From: Candidatus Krumholzibacteriia bacterium
GTDB lineage: Bacteria; Krumholzibacteriota; Krumholzibacteriia; WVZY01
Reading direction: 5' to 3'
Length of the DNA stretch: 15,355 nucleotides
Assembly (NCBI GenBank): GCA_036478295.1
Contig: JAZGDW010000034.1
Location: 1-15,355, forward strand
The notes under the pieces were generated by a model. The model was not told where the DNA came from. It ran no database searches and was given only the letters and a program-made list of their open reading frames with translations. Below are positions 1 to 8,562 of the stretch, piece by piece. Positions within the stretch are counted from its first letter, which is position 1, and each line of letters starts with the position of its first letter. The translations under genes were made by a program, and so were the position numbers.

Positions 1-135
1 GCCCAACGCACTCTCTTCGAGGCCAAGAGAGAGTATATCGACACGTTAGCCGATTACCATCAGTCCAGCGCCGATATGGAGCGCTTGATCGGGCAACGGC
101 TCGATACCGTCACAGGTCCACGGGACCAGGAATAG
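1..135 (+). CDS. czcC: 3' end of TolC/CzcC-family outer-membrane efflux factor (partial)
   Basis: Frame 1 reads AQRTLFEAKREYIDTLADYHQSSADMERLIG...DQE-stop (TAG 133-135). This resembles the OMF C-terminal 'AQRTLF...ERLIG' segment and lies directly upstream of adaptor and RND genes. Confidence 0.8.
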   Translation, partial: AQRTLFEAKREYIDTLADYHQSSADMERLIGQRLDTVTGPRDQE

Positions 136-145
136 GAAGGGAGGC

Positions 146-1135
146 ATGATGCAAAGAAGAAAGACGATCACTGGTATCGCAGTCGTCGCCGGGGTGATTA
201 CTGTAGCGCTCATAGCCTATTGGGCGATTGGTCCCGCGGGGAATTCACCGGCGGGATCGGAGGAGGCGCAACACGGGGCTGAAGACAAAGGGCACGACGA
301 GCACGGCGAAGAGGCTGTGGTGCAGCTAAGCGCAGCGGAAATGGAGGAGTTCGGCATTGAAGTCGGGAGAGCCGAAGGGGGCGTGCTGCACATCCGCACG
401 ACGCTACCTGGTGAAGTTGTCTCCAACCAAGATAACGTCGCCCATGTCGTGCCGAGATTCCCAGGCTTGGTGACTGACGTGCGAAAACAGTTGGGCGACC
501 ACGTCGAGAAGGGCGAAGTGCTGGCGATCATCGAGAGTAACGAGAGCCTGACCGGATACGAGGTGAAATCCCTCATCGCCGGAACGATTACAGAGAAGCA
601 CATCACGCTCGGCGAGGTGTTAATCGAGGGCGACGAAGCGTACGTGATTGCAGACTTGAGCACGGTGTGGGTCAACCTGAGCGTGTACCAAGAGGATTTG
701 AACCTCGTGCGGAAGGGACAGAAAGTAGTCATATCCGCGGGACACGGCATTCCTGACGTCACAGCGAAGATTTACTACGTCGGGCCGGTGGTGGATGAAC
801 ACACGCGGACGGGACTCGCTCGGGTGGTGCTGTCCAACGAAAAGAGGCTCTGGCGTCCAGGCCTCTTCGTTACCGCGCGACTCCTCGTTTCCGAGGAAAC
901 GGTGCCGCTGCTCGTTCCCGAGACGGCCCTACAGACGATCGATGATAAAACGTGCGTCTTCATCGAAACGGAAAAGGGCTTTGAACCCCAACCCGTGGGG
1001 CTCGGCCGCCGCAACGACACCCATGTTGAGATCGTGTCGGGCCTCACGGTGGGGCAGCGCTATGTCACGCTCGGTGGTTTTACGCTTAAAGCCGAGCTCT
1101 CAAAAAGCGCCTTCGGCGAAGGACATGGACACTAA
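146..1135 (+). CDS. czcB: Heavy-metal RND efflux periplasmic adaptor (CzcB/CusB family)
   Basis: N-terminal TM anchor, His/Glu-rich linker, lipoyl-type GDHVEKGEVLA, IADLSTVWV, WRPGLFV, His-containing tail (GEGHGH). RBS GGAGG before ATG 146. Confidence 0.92.
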   Translation: MMQRRKTITGIAVVAGVITVALIAYWAIGPAGNSPAGSEEAQHGAEDKGHDEHGEEAVVQLSAAEMEEFGIEVGRAEGGVLHIRTTLPGEVVSNQDNVAHVVPRFPGLVTDVRKQLGDHVEKGEVLAIIESNESLTGYEVKSLIAGTITEKHITLGEVLIEGDEAYVIADLSTVWVNLSVYQEDLNLVRKGQKVVISAGHGIPDVTAKIYYVGPVVDEHTRTGLARVVLSNEKRLWRPGLFVTARLLVSEETVPLLVPETALQTIDDKTCVFIETEKGFEPQPVGLGRRNDTHVEIVSGLTVGQRYVTLGGFTLKAELSKSAFGEGHGH

Positions 1136-1153
1136 CGAGGAGGGAAGCTGATT

Positions 1154-4100
1154 ATGCAAAAACTCGTCAACTTCGTCCTCGCCAACCGCCTGTTGGTGCT
1201 CGTCATGGGCGTCGTCGTCATCCTCGCGGGCTATTTGAGCTACCGCCAGTTGCCGGTGGATGCGTTTCCGGATGTGGCGCCCGTCCTGGTTCAGGTATTC
1301 ACCGAGACCGAAGGGCTCGCGCCAGAAGAAGTTGAGAAGTACGTGACCTACCCGATCGAGGTCTCGATGAACGGACTTCCGGCGGTCAGTCAGATCCGGT
1401 CGGTCTCTAACTTCGGTCTCTCCGTCGTCAACGTCTACTTCGAAGACGGCACAGACATCTATTTTGCCCGGCAACTCGTGAACGAGCGGCTCCAGGAGGC
1501 ACGCGAGGAAATCCCCGAAGGCTTCGGCGAACCGATCATGGGGCCCATATCGACGGGGATGGGACTCATCCTCTTCTACTACCTGGAAGACGAGACAGGC
1601 CAGTACAGTCTTGAAGAACTTCGGACCATCCAGGACTGGCTCATCAAGTTCCACCTCCAGACGGTGCCTGGGGTCACCGAAGTACTCGGCATCGGTGGCT
1701 ACGAGAAACAGTTTCACGTGGTCATCAATCCAAATGCGTTGCTTCAGTACGAAGTAACCATCAACGAAGTCGTTGAAAACATCCGGGCGAACAATCTCAA
1801 CGTCGGTGCCCAGTTCATCGAGAAGAACGCTGAGGAGTACATCGTCCGGTCGGTGGGCCTCGCGTCGACGATCGAGGATCTCGAAAACATCATCATCAAG
1901 ACAGAAGATGGAACACCGGTCTATCTAAAGCAACTGGCAGCGGTGCGTGTGGGCGGCGCCGTCCGACGCGGCGTACAGACTCGTAATGGTATCGGCGAGG
2001 TCATCTCCGGCATGGTAGTGAAATTATTCGGCACGAATTCATCAACAGTGATCGCCAGCGTCGAAGAGAAAATGGAAGAGATCAACGCAATCCTGCCCGA
2101 AGGCATCAAGATTGTGCCCTACTACGAGCAGAAGACGCTCGTTGAAGCGTGTATCGAAACGGTGAGCCACGCCCTTCTCGAGGGCATTGTTCTTGTAATT
2201 GTCATTCTGCTCGTCTTCCTCGGGGGGGTCCGGCCGAGTCTCGTTGTGGCGCTCGCCATCCCATTCTCCGTGCTGTTCGCCATGCTTGGAATGAAGTACT
2301 TCGGGATCTCCGCCAACCTCATGTCCTTCGGCGGGCTTGCGATTGCGATCGGCATGATGGTTGACGGCAGTGTGGTGATCGTCGAGAACGTCGATCGCAT
2401 GTTGCGAGATTCCCGGAATAACGAGCCCGTACTTCGCGTGGTAGCGCGGGCCTGCACCGAAGTCGTGCGGCCGATCACGTTCGCCATCATGATCATCATC
2501 ATTGTCTTCTTCCCCTTGTTCACACTGCAGGGCGTTGAGGGGAAGACGTTCCGTCCGCTCGCGTACACGGTCGCGCTGGCGATGACGGGCTCGCTGATCT
2601 TTGGTGTGTTTCTCACGCCGGTGTTGGCCTCATTCCTCATGCGAAGACCCAAGCGAGTGGGCAGTGGCGCCCACGGCGAAATATGGGTCCTGCGAGTGCT
2701 CCTGAGAATCTATCGACCGGTCATTACATTCCTCGTGCGGAGGCGGTTTTTGGCCGTTGGACTGGTCTTGGTCATGATCGTTGTGGGTATCACGATATTC
2801 CCGCGACTCGGGTCCGAGTTCACGCCTGAGCTGCAGGAGGGGACGATGGTACTGCGCCTGACGATGGCCCCGTCCATTTCACTTAAGGAGAGTACGAAGA
2901 CAACCCTCCTCGTTGAACGGCGATTGATGAAGATCCCGGAGATCACCGGCGTCGTCTCGCGCATCGGCCGGGGTGAGGTGGGTGCGCACACCGATCCGAT
3001 CAACAACGCGGAGATGTACATCTTGCTCAAGCCAAGAGAGGAATGGCGAGCCCGAACCCAGGAAGAGCTCCAAGAAGTCATCCGCGAAGAGCTGGGGGAT
3101 GTACCAGGGGTGTTGACGAACTTCACGCAGCCCATTCGTATGACAGTGGACGAGCTCCTCGAGGGGATCCGGGCAGAGTTGGCAATCAAACTCTTCGGCG
3201 ACGATCTCGACGTCTTGAAGCGCAAGGCGGACGAGATAGCGGCTGTTGTACGGCGCGTACGTGGGGCAGCCGATGTCCAGGTTGACCAGGTCAGCGGCAC
3301 GCCCCAGCTGCTCATTCAGGTGGATCGGTACGCGATTGCCAGGTACGGCATAAACGTCTCCGACGTCCAACAGGTTGTACGCGCCGCGGTCGGCGGTGAG
3401 GTGGCAAGCCAGGTCTTCGAAGGGATTCGTCGCTTCGACATCCTCGCTCGCTTCGAAGCTGAATACCGAAGTGACGTGAGTGCCATCAAGAAGCTGCTCG
3501 TTCAAACGCCGGAAGGCGCAAATGTGCCGCTACACGAGCTCGCTCGGATAGAGGAAGTAACCGGTCCTCGGCAGATCACCCGCGAGAACAACCAGAGATT
3601 CATTACGATCCAGTGCAACGTCACCGGTCGCGATATCGGTTCGTTTGTTGCGGAAGGGAAGGAGGCCATTAAGGCACGGGTGCAGCTGCCAGCCGGGTAC
3701 CTCGCCACGTGGGGTGGCCAGTTTAGACTGCAGCAGGAGGCCAACCGGCGGCTGGCGGTCGTGATCCCGATCACGCTCATGATCGTTTTCTTCTTCCTGT
3801 TCTTGAGCTTCAAGTCGATGAAGAACACGTTACTCATCTTTCTCAACATCCCGTTGGCGCTCGTCGGCGGTGTCGTTGGGCTCTGGGCGACAGGCCAGAA
3901 CCTCTCAGTGCCCGCATCGGTGGGGTTCATTGCCCTCTTCGGCATCGCGCTCCTGAACGGAATCGTGCTGGTAACGTACCTCAACCAACTCATCCAGGAA
4001 GGACTGCCGATGGACGACGCATCGGTGCAGGGGGCATGCCTCAGACTGCGCCCCGTCCTCATGACCGCGTTTGCAGCGGCCCTCGGGATGATCCCGCTAC

Positions 4101-4249
4101 TCTTCGCAACCGGTATCGGTAGTGAGGTCCAACGGCCGTTGGCAACGGTTGTAACGTCCGGGCTCGTCACGTCGACGGCTCTGACACTTCTAGTCGTACC
4201 AGCGATCTACAAGTGGTTTGCGGTCAAGCCCGGGGACGTCGAACTCTAG
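1154..4249 (+). CDS. czcA: CusA/CzcA-family heavy-metal efflux RND transporter
   Basis: 1031 aa with LPVDAFPDV, APEEVEKYVTYPIE, GGLAIAIGMMVDGSVVIVEN, RLRPVLMT and GSEVQRPLATVV motifs typical of HME-RND. Metal specificity cannot be read from the sequence. Confidence 0.96.
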   Translation: MQKLVNFVLANRLLVLVMGVVVILAGYLSYRQLPVDAFPDVAPVLVQVFTETEGLAPEEVEKYVTYPIEVSMNGLPAVSQIRSVSNFGLSVVNVYFEDGTDIYFARQLVNERLQEAREEIPEGFGEPIMGPISTGMGLILFYYLEDETGQYSLEELRTIQDWLIKFHLQTVPGVTEVLGIGGYEKQFHVVINPNALLQYEVTINEVVENIRANNLNVGAQFIEKNAEEYIVRSVGLASTIEDLENIIIKTEDGTPVYLKQLAAVRVGGAVRRGVQTRNGIGEVISGMVVKLFGTNSSTVIASVEEKMEEINAILPEGIKIVPYYEQKTLVEACIETVSHALLEGIVLVIVILLVFLGGVRPSLVVALAIPFSVLFAMLGMKYFGISANLMSFGGLAIAIGMMVDGSVVIVENVDRMLRDSRNNEPVLRVVARACTEVVRPITFAIMIIIIVFFPLFTLQGVEGKTFRPLAYTVALAMTGSLIFGVFLTPVLASFLMRRPKRVGSGAHGEIWVLRVLLRIYRPVITFLVRRRFLAVGLVLVMIVVGITIFPRLGSEFTPELQEGTMVLRLTMAPSISLKESTKTTLLVERRLMKIPEITGVVSRIGRGEVGAHTDPINNAEMYILLKPREEWRARTQEELQEVIREELGDVPGVLTNFTQPIRMTVDELLEGIRAELAIKLFGDDLDVLKRKADEIAAVVRRVRGAADVQVDQVSGTPQLLIQVDRYAIARYGINVSDVQQVVRAAVGGEVASQVFEGIRRFDILARFEAEYRSDVSAIKKLLVQTPEGANVPLHELARIEEVTGPRQITRENNQRFITIQCNVTGRDIGSFVAEGKEAIKARVQLPAGYLATWGGQFRLQQEANRRLAVVIPITLMIVFFFLFLSFKSMKNTLLIFLNIPLALVGGVVGLWATGQNLSVPASVGFIALFGIALLNGIVLVTYLNQLIQEGLPMDDASVQGACLRLRPVLMTAFAAALGMIPLLFATGIGSEVQRPLATVVTSGLVTSTALTLLVVPAIYKWFAVKPGDVEL

Positions 4250-4259
4250 GAGGATTCGC

Positions 4260-4295
4260 ATGAAGGAGATTGAAGCAATCATGCGTCTCTCCTAG
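4260..4295 (+). pseudogene. Remnant N-terminus of a P-II-like protein
   Basis: GGAGG RBS (4249-4253), then ATG 4260 encoding MKEIEAIMRLS-stop. It matches the P-II start MKKIEAIIRP, and P-II-like genes commonly follow czcA. Confidence 0.65.
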
Positions 4296-4584
4296 CACCC
4301 GCGCTAGGCGGCGAGGGGGCTTTGTGCACCAGACCTCCGCTGACACAGAATCTTTTGTGAAGGCACAGCGGACTTTAAGTACAGTGCTGCCATCACAAAC
4401 TCCTCTTTCGCGATTAATCATAACGGATTGGAACTCGGGTCTAATCCACAGCCGTGCGCACAAAAAGTCCGCTGCGTGCTCCCTTGTCATTGCGGCGCCA
4501 GCACGACCGCGTTGCTGCATACAGTGTTACCTAGAACCAGAAAACAGATCGCGTCGCGACAATTGGGTGACGATGAATAGTATA

Positions 4585-4601
4585 GTCACAGGGCGGTCAC
4601 A
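4585..4601 (+). repeat. Arm-like tandem repeat GTCACA-N5-GTCACA (putative right end of an upstream element)
   Basis: 11-bp period. Ends 54 bp before the tRNA 5' fragment, versus 55 bp for the equivalent repeat before the intact tRNA. Confidence 0.55.
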
Positions 4602-4654
4602 ATCAGGTCTTTCAGTGGCGGTCGGAATATGCTAAGTGTAGGAAAGACAACGAC

Positions 4655-4693
4655 GCCGGAGTGGCGGAATGGTAGACGCAGCGGACTTAAAAT
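4655..4693 (+). repeat. tRNA-Leu 5'-half duplicate (att site)
   Basis: GCCGGAGTGGCGGAATGGTAGACGCAGCGGACTTAAAAT is identical to 10247-10285. Identity stops one base after the anticodon loop. Confidence 0.95.
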
Positions 4694-4823
4694 GCGAAAA
4701 CGGCCCGGAATCAACTTCGTTGTCACACAACGAGATAGCCGATAGCTCTTTGAAAATATTTATGTTACACCGCTAATCAGCTTGCGGGACTTTGTTCTAC
4801 TTTGTGGGGTTTTGGCCAGAGCA

Positions 4824-4842
4824 TTAGCACAAATTTAGCACA
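4824..4842 (+). repeat. Arm-like tandem repeat TTAGCACA-AAT-TTAGCACA (left end of cassette B)
   Basis: Same motif in the same orientation at 10174-10192. Confidence 0.8.
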
Positions 4843-5099
4843 GCTTGCCGCGCCACCCTTCATCGAGCGTAGAATTGATTCACGGTCAAGAGCGTGCATG
4901 CTCGACCCCACATGATCCCACAACGCCACATCCAGCAATTGCCCGCTTGCCACAGTACGCCTGTTGTGGTACCATGATGTCTCACTCTTGCCGGACGCCT
5001 CATTGGGAGCACAAGCAACGATCCTCCGCTAAAAGACTCGTTTCACTCAAAGACTCAACGCGTAACGAACCATTGGACAAATCATAGGAGGTTGTCCTG

Positions 5100-5759
5100 A
5101 TGGCAATCCGTACTCGGCGGCGAAACGCTCGCGGCGTTTGGCTGGGCCGCTTTTGCGTGGTCGTTGGCTGTCTCGTCATTCCAGCGTGCAGCGATGACCC
5201 TGTGCTACCGCTTCCTCCAGATACACAGGTTGCGCCGCCTTGGTCGATAGACTCCGCCCCGATATCGATTGCCGGCATCGCTGCAGTGGGAGAAAAAGCG
5301 GTTGCTGTGAGCACTAACGCTGGTACCTACCAGTATGATGGAGCTGCCTGGCAGCGCATCGCCGCTGGAGTCAACCGCACCCAAGACATCGCATTGACGA
5401 CAGACGGGGACGTGTTCGTCGTCACTCGTGGCAACCCTGGTGGTCGCGTTCTGCGTCTCGACGGTAGCAGTTGGAGCGAGATGCTGGCGGTAGGCCGTTC
5501 TGGTGCGTGCTATCGGTACGGGTCCCTGAATGCCATTTGGGCGAGCGCCAGCGACGACATTTTCGTCGTCGGACCGACTGAGTCGTGCTCTTACGTGGAT
5601 GGAGTTACCGTCTATCACTACGACGGTACGTCATGGAAGAACATCGGGCCTTGGGGAAGTGCCGAGGCCATGTACACCGTGTGGGGATCTTCGTCAACAG
5701 ATGTTTTTATGGGTGGCTCTTGGGGGTCCATCTACCTGTCCCTACCAAATAATCCATAG
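5100..5759 (+). pseudogene. Beta-propeller-repeat lipoprotein, C-terminally truncated by IS insertion
   Basis: AGGAGG RBS, lipobox-like LVIPAC, and repeats such as AIWASASDDIFVVG...YHYDGTSW and VWGSSSTDVFMGG. The last codons (LSLPNNP-stop) are read from the IS terminal repeat starting at 5737. Confidence 0.75.
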
Positions 5760-7020
5760 CCCTCACTAATATAGGTGATTCGGCGCCGATTTGATCCGGA
5801 CATGTGCGACTGGCCGCCCTAGATTTGCCCATATGGTGGAAGATCAGGGGTATAAGCGGGGGACGAGACGCGGGGCCGGTTAATCTGCGAGCACCAATCC
5901 ATCTGCTCCCGATCGGATCAGGCAACTGGGAACTACTCAAGCAGCCTTGCGATAATACCGATGATGAAGCCCTCCGACCATCGGCTCAGCGACAACGGTG
6001 CCAGCGCCGGGCAGCTCGACTTCGCGCGGAACCGGTGAGTCCTTCCCGAGTCCGAGATGGGTTCTCGCTTCGTGGTAGTACTGGAAGTACTCCTTCAGGA
6101 TCCGTCGCAGGTGTCGGTGGTTGAGCACGATCACATGGTCGAGGCACTCACGCCGCGCCGATCCAATCACCCGCTCGACGTAGCCGTTCTGCCACGGGGA
6201 CTTGCGTGCAGTAACGACCTGTTCGATTCCGATTGACCGCAACGTATCAACGACCTTCTCGCCGTAGATTTTGTCGCGGTCCCGAAGCAGAAACCGTGAG
6301 GCGGTGTCGAACGGAAAGGCTTGGACGATCTGCCGGCTTGTCCATTCCGCAGTGGGTGAGTCGGTCACGTTGAAGTGGAGGACGCGACGCCGATCGAGTG
6401 AGAGGACAACGAAGACGTAGAGCGTCTTGAACGTAAGGGTTGGGACGGTGAAGAAGTCGACCGCTACGATCTCGGAGAAGTGGTTGTGGATAAACGAACG
6501 CCACGTCGGTGACGGTGGACGGCGCCGCTTGATTATGTACTTGGCGACCGTCGCTTCGCTCACATCGATGCCGAGCTTGAGCAACTCTCCGTGAATCCTG
6601 GGCGCGCCCCAGAGCGGGTTTTCCCGAGATATTCGTCGAATCAGGCATCGGACCTCCACCGGCACAACCGGTCGGCCGCGTCCTCGACACTTCCACCGCC
6701 AGTAGAGTCGCCACCCTTTGCGGTGCCACGCGACGACGGTCTTAGGCTGAACGATGGCCAGTGATTCACGCCAGTCCGGCCAGAGTCGAGAGAGGACGAT
6801 CCACAGAACGCGGTCTCGGTTGGTCAGGTGCCGCGGTTTCCGGGTTCGCTGGAGAACATCGAGTTGATGGCGAAGTGCAAGGTTCTCCAGGGCTAGGGAA
6901 CGGCGGGATTTGATGCTGGAAAAGATGGCGCGCAGGATGAGTAGTAGCATTGAGCCATGCTATACTCTGGGCGGCGTAAGTGCAAATGGGGCAACGGCGA
7001 TGAATTATTTGGTAGGCACA
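5737..7020 (-). mobile_element. Insertion sequence, 1284 bp, IS481/IS3-superfamily-like (TGT...ACA ends)
   Basis: Terminal inverted repeats TGTCCCTACCAAATAATCCATAGCC and TGTGCCTACCAAATAATTCATCGCC (22/25 match) enclose one DDE ORF. No target-site duplication visible. Confidence 0.88.
5937..6950 (-). CDS. DDE transposase with integrase-core (rve) domain
   Basis: LALENLALRHQL, ENPLWGAPRIHGELLKLG (HTH), AVDFFTV (D), FLLRDRD (D), SPWQNGYVER (E). Confidence 0.93.
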   Translation of the reverse strand: MLLLILRAIFSSIKSRRSLALENLALRHQLDVLQRTRKPRHLTNRDRVLWIVLSRLWPDWRESLAIVQPKTVVAWHRKGWRLYWRWKCRGRGRPVVPVEVRCLIRRISRENPLWGAPRIHGELLKLGIDVSEATVAKYIIKRRRPPSPTWRSFIHNHFSEIVAVDFFTVPTLTFKTLYVFVVLSLDRRRVLHFNVTDSPTAEWTSRQIVQAFPFDTASRFLLRDRDKIYGEKVVDTLRSIGIEQVVTARKSPWQNGYVERVIGSARRECLDHVIVLNHRHLRRILKEYFQYYHEARTHLGLGKDSPVPREVELPGAGTVVAEPMVGGLHHRYYRKAA

Positions 7021-7073
7021 GTCACTTCTCCGACGGTGTTTTATGAACGCGGTTTTTGGCAGGAGGAAGGGAG

Positions 7074-7110
7074 AAAAGGGGCGCCGCCGGTCGGGAGGCG
7101 ACACCCCTTT
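7074..7110 (-). terminator. Intrinsic terminator of the minus-strand rSAM/peptide transcript
   Basis: Minus strand reads AAAGGGGTGTCGCC-TCCCGACC-GGCGGCGCCCCTTTT. The stem pairs fully (two G-U) only on the minus strand and is followed by a pyrimidine run. It starts 17 nt after the peptide stop. Confidence 0.75.
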
Positions 7111-7127
7111 CCTCGGTGAAACACGAG

Positions 7128-7265
7128 TTACGCGCATTTGCCGCGCTGCTTGCAATTTAGCCGGCAGAACGGCGGCATAGTGCCCGTTTTAGTCGGCGGT
7201 GCAGCTAAAGCACGCTGCTTCTTCCCAGGGAGCTTGCGCTCCTTTGGGACCTTGCGAATGTGCAT
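7128..7265 (-). CDS. 45-aa basic peptide with three C-terminal Cys; putative RiPP precursor (not in ORF track)
   Basis: AAGGAGG RBS overlaps the rSAM stop codon. ATG 7265 encodes MHIRKVPKERKLPGKKQRALAAPPTKTGTMPPFCRLNCKQRGKCA-TAA, followed by a terminator. Confidence 0.8.
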   Translation of the reverse strand: MHIRKVPKERKLPGKKQRALAAPPTKTGTMPPFCRLNCKQRGKCA

Positions 7266-7277
7266 AGCAAGCCTCCT

Positions 7278-8459
7278 TTACGATTCGACGCCAAAGATGG
7301 CGCACAGGACAGGGTCTTTACCGCAGATGTGGCTGTGTTCTTGAGCACGAAAACGACAACCACCACGGCATTCTTCCAGGAAACGGCAATCTTGGCATTC
7401 CGTGAGCATTTCCTGGGTGACGCCTTTCCGCTGTACCCAGGCGCTGCGGAGATCAACCTCACGAATATTGCCAATTAGCATCTCCTCCGTATGGAGAAAC
7501 GGGCAAGGGTATATTTCGCCGTTTGGAAACACAGAGCAGATATGCGAACCACAGGTGAAGTTGCTCTTCGACAAATGCGGCCCCTCGCCGTAGCTATACT
7601 CCAACATAATCTCAGCGGCTTCCTGAATGGGAACCGCATGTTCTGAATTTTCGCGCCACCGGCCCAGCTCAGACGGGGCATTTATGATCCAGTCGGTGAT
7701 TTCAAACGACTCCCAAAGTTTAGCGAGCTCAGGGAAGTCATTGCGGTTTTCTCCGTGCACCATCGTAGCAATCGCAACTGGAATCCCGGCAGCTCGGAGC
7801 GCCTTGATACCACTGAGCGAGCGTTTGTACGATCCGCGGCCGCGGAGGAAGTCGTGCCCCCGCTCCGTGCCGTCTATGCTAACTTGTGCCAAGTCGACAT
7901 TAAGACAGCGCGCTACGTCGGGGGTTACCTCTGTACCATTGGTAAGAAGCTCGAAGCGTAGATCGTAGTCTGTGAAGTAGTTATTAAGTTCCCAGAAATT
8001 GGGATGCGTGAGCGGTTCTCCACCAGATAGCAGCACCGTGAGGCCCTGCATGTCAACCATTTGATCCATGAGCTCAAGAATCGACGTTAGTGGCAGATCT
8101 TGGTCCACAGCTGGAGCCGTATAGCAGTGCTTGCACTTGAGGTTGCAGCGAAATGTGAGGTGGAGAAGCAGATAGCGAAGTGATGGCAACGGGGGAGCCA
8201 CTGACGGATCAACGTTGAAAGTCCTGCCTCTCTGGCCGTCAGCCGGCACGAGAATGCCCTCATCCAAACAGAACTTAAGGAATGTTGCGGCTCGAGGGTC
8301 CTGGGTGTAACCGGGTACGCTTGGTTGGTTGAGGAACGCGAGCGCCTCCTCGTCAATCTCGTAAAGCTCATCTGTCCGGCCTCGGTAAACAACGGGCGTC
8401 TCAAGGCGTTTGAGCGAGCAATCTTCGGACAACTGCAAAAGGGCACCAGGTTGCTTCAA
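7278..8459 (-). CDS. Radical SAM/SPASM-domain protein with N-terminal RRE/PqqD-like region; putative peptide maturase
   Basis: CNLKCKHC (CxxxCxxC), SGGEP, and SPASM cysteines CGSHICSVFPNGEIYPC...CQDCRFLEECRGGC...DPVLC. Start placed at TTG 8459 after GGAAGGAGG (393 aa) rather than 8561. Confidence 0.92.
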   Translation of the reverse strand: MKQPGALLQLSEDCSLKRLETPVVYRGRTDELYEIDEEALAFLNQPSVPGYTQDPRAATFLKFCLDEGILVPADGQRGRTFNVDPSVAPPLPSLRYLLLHLTFRCNLKCKHCYTAPAVDQDLPLTSILELMDQMVDMQGLTVLLSGGEPLTHPNFWELNNYFTDYDLRFELLTNGTEVTPDVARCLNVDLAQVSIDGTERGHDFLRGRGSYKRSLSGIKALRAAGIPVAIATMVHGENRNDFPELAKLWESFEITDWIINAPSELGRWRENSEHAVPIQEAAEIMLEYSYGEGPHLSKSNFTCGSHICSVFPNGEIYPCPFLHTEEMLIGNIREVDLRSAWVQRKGVTQEMLTECQDCRFLEECRGGCRFRAQEHSHICGKDPVLCAIFGVES

Positions 8460-8562
8460 CGCTAGGCCTCCTTCCCAGCAGACGTAGCCGTTATTGGCAT
8501 GGCACATTTGCGTCGATCCATCTACGCAACCTTCGTGATTAGTAAAGACACTAAGGTGCAAC

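Noticed and set aside
4224..5087. ORFs 4224-4520, 4270-4635 and 4845-5087
   Set aside because: No recognisable motifs or protein-like composition, and they lie in element-end DNA.
5937..6950. 'Integrase core' ORF as the recombinase for the tRNA-bounded cassettes
   Set aside because: It is a DDE transposase enclosed by its own TIRs, not a tyrosine or serine site-specific recombinase.
8460..8561. Cys-containing N-terminal extension of the rSAM ORF as a fused precursor
   Set aside because: A strong RBS precedes TTG 8459 and none precedes 8561, so the extension is probably untranslated.
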